NCBI GenBank assembly: GCA_010093815.1
Contig: ML996578.1
Reading direction: 5' to 3' (one strand)
DNA from: Pseudovirgaria hyperparasitica
Lineage: Eukaryota
Length of the DNA: 64,000 nt
Shown here: positions 61,701 to 64,000 of the stretch, one piece after another
Layout of the letters: every line of letters begins with the position of its first letter
Position numbering within the stretch: the stretch's first letter is position 1
Program-made: the position numbers and the translations under genes
Notes under the pieces: generated by a model
The model's input: the letters and a program-made list of their open reading frames with translations, nothing else
Database searches by the model: none
What the model was told of the DNA's origin: nothing

Positions 61701-63045
61701 TAGTCCCTTTTCGGCACTCTCTGCAATCCACGAAACGATAGACGCCAGTGGAACAATAGTTCCTGACGGTTTTCAAGGTGGCATCATGTCGCCCGAAAGC
61801 GCTGACCTTGCCCATCCACCGTTCCGCCACGGAAGCACAACCGCTGCTACTTCCTCGGAGACTCATGCCGTAGACGAGTCGTTGCAACTCGAAGACTTTC
61901 AAGTTCAGAGTTCAGACGTGGATACGGAGTCAAATTCGCCTTTTACCGTGATCGATATGATCCGATCTGTCCTTTGTTTCCATACTGGGGTCATGGCAGA
62001 TGCTCAAACCTCTTCTCTCATTCTGCTACTAGTCTCACCTCTGCTCCCTCCAACGCATCCTCTCTGCTCTTCCGACACAGAGCTTGTGAAGTCCACATAC
62101 GCTGAAGTCCTAACTTCTCTAGGAATGGCCCCTACTCAGGTCCATGCCATAATCCATGGCCATCTTGCGGACCTCCTCAAGACAGGCATACACCCCTTCG
62201 AAGCCGAATCTATCATATCAACCTACCACACACAACTACACAGTCTCGGCCTCTTCAACGCCGCAGCATCTCTCCGCCGCCTCGCCTACCCCGTCTACCC
62301 CGGCGTGTACGAGTACGCCCTCAAAGACACCCAACTCAACCTCCTTTGCACAAATTGCAAATCCCCTCTGAACAATCCTCGCGACAAAACCCGCTGCGAA
62401 ACTTGCCGCGCCCGCTCCAAGCCTTGCCCCATCTGCGGCTGCAAAGCAGCCTTGCTCGACCCAGCAAGCAAGCACGTCAAGTACAAACCACGCAAAAAGG
62501 GCGTCAAATTCGGCGATCCCGGCCTCGCGAACAAGTCTGATCAACTATCTGACTCCATCCTCGGCACGCCTCAAGTATCCCGCGATAATCTCGCAGACAC
62601 CGAGTCTTCTTCGAACGCGTCCTCATCCTCGCCGATAGTCCCAGTCGTATTCCAGCAACCGGCGGTTCTTTGGACGGCATGTCCGCTCTGCTCCCACGGC
62701 GGCCACAGCGCGTGTATGGCTGCGTGGTGGGCAGACGCCGAGTCGGAAGGCGCGTGTCCGACGCAGGGCTGTATCTGTGACTGTGTCAAGGGCACGCGCC
62801 GCACCGAGAGGCTGCGGAAGCTGGAGGAGGAGGTTGCGGAGAAGGAGAAGGGGAAGGTTAAGGGTGATGAGTGGCTTGCGAGGGAGAGCAAGGCTGTTGT
62901 GGGTGTGAGAGGGGCGTTGGGCGGTGGCGGTGGGAGCGGGAGCGCGGAGTCTGGGCTGGGTGGTGTGTCGGGGAAGGTGGTGGTGAAGGATGAGGGCAAG
63001 AGGGTTAATAGAGCTGGGGGCGGTGCCGGGGTGGCGAAGAAGTGA
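58705..63045 (+). CDS. RTC1: SEACAT/GATOR2 subunit Rtc1/Sea2 (WDR24-like): N-terminal WD40 and C-terminal Cys/His RING-like region; intron 58914-59054
   Basis: HAVLAGREILKTI, LLSGSQDATVRLWDLR, WDLRRPYLP, CTNC...CETC...CPIC...CPLCSHGGHSAC...W...CPTQGCICDC. Confidence 0.85.
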
Positions 63046-63337
63046 CGCTTTTGGGCGGATCTGAGCTTGTTGTTTGCTACAGGTACTTTGATATTGCATG
63101 TTCGGGGAGTTGGGATTTGGACCTTGGGTACTAATACGCTCCATCTTTTTCCGATCAATTGGGAAGATGAAAAGAAGATCTCACGAAATGGTGAGAGAAT
63201 TGCTTGTATCAAGAAGAACGCGGGACGGCAATACTAGGCGAGCCGTGCCGTGTGCAAATAAGCCTAGAGTCTGTAAAATAGATATATATATGATGATACC
63301 CACCTAACTGATTATACATTACGCATGAGCTCACTTG

Positions 63338-63385
63338 TCAATCAATCACTCAATCACTCAATCACTCAATCACTCAATCACTCGA
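63338..63385. repeat. (TCAATCAC)n tandem repeat
   Basis: About five tandem 8-mers downstream of RTC1. Confidence 0.8.
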
Positions 63386-64000
63386 TCAACCAGAACCAAT
63401 AACAACGATAATAAGAAGAAAGTCACACATTCATGTACCGCCTGTATCTGTGCTCCAACGCAAAAAGACTCGTGCGTCAGCTCTTTTCAAGGCGGCTTCT
63501 GTTTATACATTTTCCATCTTGCGGCGTGAAGTTTCTTTTCACCTATAGTGCCCCCCCTTTCCCCTTCCCTACCCGAGGGTAGGTAGGTGGTAGGGGCGGC
63601 GCTGCGACCCTCGTCCATGGAGCAGGGACGAGGGCGGCTGGAGTGGAGACCGCGTATGTCACGAAAATATGAGGAGGGGTGTGTAGGATCTTTGTGGATA
63701 TGGATGGGGGATGATTGTGTCAAGGGATGATGGGGTAATTGGGTTGGTTGAGAAGATCGCACGGGGAAGGTTTCATGGATATGGAGTCTGACAAAGTGAT
63801 CGATAGCAGGTCAAGCTTGCATCTTCAGGGATCCACGGCAGTTTTCCAGCTGGGCATATCCCGTAGGAGGAGGTGCAGTCACAGATCGATTTCCTCGAGA
63901 GAAGTCGTAGGGTCGTTTGCATTTGACGTGGTGTATAATTCGTTTACATCCTCAGCCCTGCGCGCCATAACATGACTATGCCGACAGGACCACCGCCATC

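Noticed and set aside
63879..64000. Possible 3' end of a minus-strand gene (...MARRAEDVNELYTTSNANDPTTSLEEIDL*)
   Set aside because: Only about 40 open codons at the window edge with no motif; it cannot be supported from this window.

Overview
Eukaryotic DNA from a filamentous ascomycete (Pezizomycotina; short GT-AG introns with CTRAY branch points, and RIP). I cannot name the species from sequence alone. About 19 host genes are recognisable: a DCAF7/WDR68-like WD40 gene (runs off the left edge), CAB4, two F-box-like proteins, LYS12, a Ser/Thr/Pro/Lys-rich protein, a CE5 esterase, a Cys-rich single-pass membrane protein, a Zn2Cys6 factor, a kelch-BTB protein (Mds3/Pmd1-like), PRX1, NBP2, NHA1, an LtrA-family membrane protein, a CRH/UTR2 GH16, a 12-intron SAM methyltransferase, HMT1, RTC1/SEA2 and a probable 85-aa gene. 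The ORF-poor AT-rich block at 30822-39777 is a full-length, RIP-inactivated Ty3/Gypsy LTR retrotransposon with 132-bp LTRs, a 4-bp target-site duplication, and gag and pol offset by -1. Two observations stand out. (1) Between pol and the 3' LTR the element carries an antisense, four-intron gene of about 600 codons, with its own TATA-like box and a six-Cys DUF3716-like motif that appears after reversing RIP. (2) The methyltransferase reading frame appears to need a 6-nt exon followed by a 1-nt exon. All gene models were read by hand; no database searches were run.
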